Shown: positions 61,394 through 64,000 of the stretch, piece after piece
How the letters are laid out: each line of letters opens with the position of its first letter
Numbering within the stretch: position 1 is the stretch's first letter
Assembly: GCA_963713865.1 (NCBI GenBank)
Contig: OY970208.1
Location: 320,001-384,000, forward strand
DNA: 64,000 bases
Reading direction: 5' to 3'
DNA from: an uncultured candidate division Zixibacteria bacterium
GTDB lineage: Bacteria > Zixibacteria > MSB-5A5 > RBG-16-43-9
Notes under the pieces: model-generated
Seen by the model: only the letters and a program-made list of their open reading frames with translations
Told to the model about the DNA's origin: nothing
Database searches by the model: none
Translations under genes and position numbers: made by a program

Positions 61394-62337
61394 GAAAGAT
61401 GATCTACGGTCCTGTTCCATCCAGGAGACTCGGAATTTCCTTAGGTGTAGATATTATTCCTTTTAAAACCTGCAGTTATGACTGCATATACTGTCAGCTG
61501 GGAAGAACTACTGATCAAACTTTAGAAAGGAGGTCATATGTAACAATCTCTTCCTTAATAAATCAACTAAAGGAAGTGCTCGAGCTAAATGAGGACATCA
61601 ATTATATAACCTTTTCCGGATCAGGCGAGCCAACTCTAAACCAGGATATTGGAGAGATGATAAGAAAGGTAAAGGAGCTCACCCATATTCCAGTGGCAGT
61701 CCTTACAAACGGCTCCTTACTCTGGGATGAAAGGGTAAGGAAAGATTTGAGTAACGCCGATCTGGTCGTGCCTTCATTGGATGCTGTTTCAGAGGAGGTG
61801 TTTCATAGGGTTAATCGACCGGCAAGTGGCTTAAGTATCGAAAAGATATTAGGTGGACTCGAAAGCTTTACCCAGAACTTCAAAGGTAAGATCTACTTAG
61901 AGGTCATGCTCGTAAATGGGATAAATGATTCTGAAGAGGAAATAACGAAGATCAATCAATTTCTCAGATGTTTGAGAGCCGATAAGGTTGCACTCAATAC
62001 GGTGGTCAGGCCACCAGGTGAGCCAGGCGCAAGGGCTTTGAATAATCAGGAATTGGTCAGGATCAAAAGTCTTTTTGATCCTGAAACTAAAGTCGAGTTG
62101 ATTCCAGATTTTAGAAAAGAATCAAGTAGACCTTATCATAGAGACCTGGAGAAGGCTATAGTTGAACTTCTGAGAAGAAGACCAGCACGAAGGGAGGAGA
62201 TGGCATCTTCTTTAGGGGTGCATCTAAACGAGATTGTGAAGTCTCTCCAGATTTTGGAAGAAAAGAAAATAATTAGAAGGTCGCAAACCAAAGATAAATA
62301 CGGGGATTATTTTGTTACCGCTAAATGGAAGGAATGA
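61390..62337 (+). CDS. Radical SAM protein
   Basis: YGPVPSRRLG.SLG, CSYDCIYC, SGSGEPTL. Confidence 0.92.
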   Translation: MRKMIYGPVPSRRLGISLGVDIIPFKTCSYDCIYCQLGRTTDQTLERRSYVTISSLINQLKEVLELNEDINYITFSGSGEPTLNQDIGEMIRKVKELTHIPVAVLTNGSLLWDERVRKDLSNADLVVPSLDAVSEEVFHRVNRPASGLSIEKILGGLESFTQNFKGKIYLEVMLVNGINDSEEEITKINQFLRCLRADKVALNTVVRPPGEPGARALNNQELVRIKSLFDPETKVELIPDFRKESSRPYHRDLEKAIVELLRRRPARREEMASSLGVHLNEIVKSLQILEEKKIIRRSQTKDKYGDYFVTAKWKE

Positions 62338-62654
62338 TGGAAACTTATTTGGATTGCGTCCCTTGCATAATTGAACAAACAATTAAAGCCGCCAGAGATT
62401 TGACCCAAGACTTGTCAAAGCAGGAAATCTTAGTGCAGAATGTGTTGAAAACCTTAAGCAACATCTCTTACAACCAGTCTCCACCTTATCTGGGCAAAGA
62501 GGTGCATCTGGTGATCGCCAAAGGACACAGAAATTATGAAACCCTGAATGACATCGAAGGAAAAAAACTTTATTTCTTGCTCATGGTGAAATGTGAGACC
62601 ATAGCCAGAGATTTTGGCTGCGCGGTCGGTGAATTCGTGGTAAAGAGAACATAG
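62334..62654 (+). pseudogene. ARMT1/DUF89 phosphatase with a large internal in-frame deletion
   Basis: N-terminal METYLDCVPC..Q fused directly to C-terminal IAKGHRNYETL..LLMVKC. Confidence 0.7.
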
Positions 62655-62831
62655 AATGTCTTGAACTTGAAGCCGGATGTACATCCGCGTGGGAAAAAGT
62701 AGCACTTGATTTTAGTTGAAATGTTGTTATTTTGTTGGTGTAGTGGGGATAACTAACCCCTATTTGCACAAGGCTGAGGATAGAAATATCCGCGATTAGC
62801 TATGAAAATGATAAAGGAAAGGAGGAGAATT

Positions 62832-63887
62832 ATGCGGAAGGTTTTGTTGATTCTGATAGTTAGTGTTGCTGTAATGGTACTGACAAGCGTGATCTATTTA
62901 CTTAATGCTCAACAAATTAGTGAGAAGGAGTGTTTCTTTTTGTCCAGCTTGCATTATACCGCCAATGGAATGGGTTACTGGTATGATAAGGCCAATGGTG
63001 GCCTGGAAACTATCACCGGTGTCCCTTACTCCGAACTGGTTTGCAAGGACTGTCATGTTTCCTCCTGTGACGCCTGCCATAAAAAGGAGACGGGTGACAA
63101 ATTTTCATATTCAACTCAAATGGCAAAAAATCAGGAAATCTGCCTAAAATGTCACGGAAGAGAAGCCGCTATTTTGAAAATCGATAAGGCAGAAAATAAC
63201 CTTGACCCTCATTTTGACAAGGGTATGCAATGCTTGGATTGCCATACTGCAAAAGAGATGCATGGAGATGGGATCGAATACATCTCAATGAAGCAAAAAG
63301 GTGCCATGGATGTAAAATGTTCAACCTGTCATGAGCCACTCTCTGCAAGCAAATCCCACACAGTTCACGGAGATAAATTGGATTGTAAAGCTTGTCATGT
63401 GCGCCAGGTGGTAAGTTGTACCAGCTGTCATTTTGAGACTTTGGTGAAAGAGAAAAAACGAGTCGCCATCCCTGTTTCTGGCTGGACTTTTCTAATGAAC
63501 TATGATGGAAAGGTCACCTCAGCCAATATGCAGTCTTTTGTGGTGCCAGGGGATAAGACTTTTCTCATGTTTGCTCCTCAGTTCAGCCATTCGGTTTTGA
63601 AAGATGGAAGAAAATGCGAGGAATGCCATGCGCTCAAGACTCTCAAACAAGTTGAAGAAGGTAAAGTGAAGTTGATGTGGTTTAAAGATGGAAAAGTCGA
63701 AAACCTGAAGGGCGTTATCCCGGTAGCAGATGGAATCCAATGGATGCTGATATATGAGAATTATAAAGATGGACAGTGGATACCCATCGAAAACCCATCT
63801 GTACCTGAACTCCACTACTCCGCTTTTGGGGAACCACTTTCGAAAGAACAATTGAAAAAGATGGCTCTACCGATGAGTAAAAAATGA
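62832..63887 (+). CDS. Periplasmic multiheme cytochrome c (8 CxxCH)
   Basis: CKDCH, CDACH, CLKCH, CLDCH, CSTCH, CKACH, CTSCH, CEECH; signal peptide. Confidence 0.92.
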   Translation: MRKVLLILIVSVAVMVLTSVIYLLNAQQISEKECFFLSSLHYTANGMGYWYDKANGGLETITGVPYSELVCKDCHVSSCDACHKKETGDKFSYSTQMAKNQEICLKCHGREAAILKIDKAENNLDPHFDKGMQCLDCHTAKEMHGDGIEYISMKQKGAMDVKCSTCHEPLSASKSHTVHGDKLDCKACHVRQVVSCTSCHFETLVKEKKRVAIPVSGWTFLMNYDGKVTSANMQSFVVPGDKTFLMFAPQFSHSVLKDGRKCEECHALKTLKQVEEGKVKLMWFKDGKVENLKGVIPVADGIQWMLIYENYKDGQWIPIENPSVPELHYSAFGEPLSKEQLKKMALPMSKK

Positions 63888-63901
63888 AAGGTGATGCAAA
63901 A

Positions 63902-64000
63902 ATGGAGATTGATAAACGATCCATGGGTCCTGGGGGATTTTGTGTTTGCCCAAAATGGTGCGAAAAATTTCTGCACCAACCAGTAATTACTTGCAGGAAA
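63902..64000 (+). CDS. Partial or degenerate paralog of the 55697-55891 Cys-rich protein
   Basis: MEIDKRSMGPGGFCVCPK...; runs off the window end. Confidence 0.45.
   Translation, partial: MEIDKRSMGPGGFCVCPKWCEKFLHQPVITCRK

Overview
A 64 kb AT-rich bacterial chromosomal window. The C-terminal dockerin-like tail (GDxNxD..VSDVVYLIxYLFKGGPPP), the FlgD-Ig/'Por secretion' tail and the multiheme cytochrome suggest an anaerobic FCB-group organism, probably Zixibacteria (inference). In order, the window holds: a carbamoyltransferase/SxtJ-like/DUF5989/SGNH cluster interrupted by a REP-flanked GIY-YIG gene; an FG-GAP repeat protein; an initiator tRNA-Met followed by three identical 344-bp units; PadR-RND efflux; TcmP plus an SPL-like radical SAM; frameshifted recG; rpmB; a TIR protein; DegP and sulfur-amino-acid genes; two ECF sigma loci; a 1524-aa dockerin protein; three Cys-rich secreted peptides between two thioredoxin-fold genes; and a Fur-led metal/Fe-S cluster (FeoA, Mrp, NifX-like, DUF5320, FmdB, MinD-Fe-S, radical SAM, octaheme cytochrome). 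Each 344-bp unit carries a small GIY-YIG nuclease ORF fused to a tRNA-fMet look-alike whose loops are replaced by short GC palindromes. Most notable: (1) the tRNA-mimic/GIY-YIG array, together with a window-wide 15-bp CCGCC-N3-GGCGG palindrome that repeatedly sits in the loops of other hairpins; (2) the C-x3-C-x7-C-x3-C peptide cassette; (3) a probable selenocysteine FmdB protein with a SECIS-like hairpin. Several single-base frameshifts in ordinary genes suggest consensus errors, so read-level checks are needed. No database searches were run; all family calls are from motif recognition.
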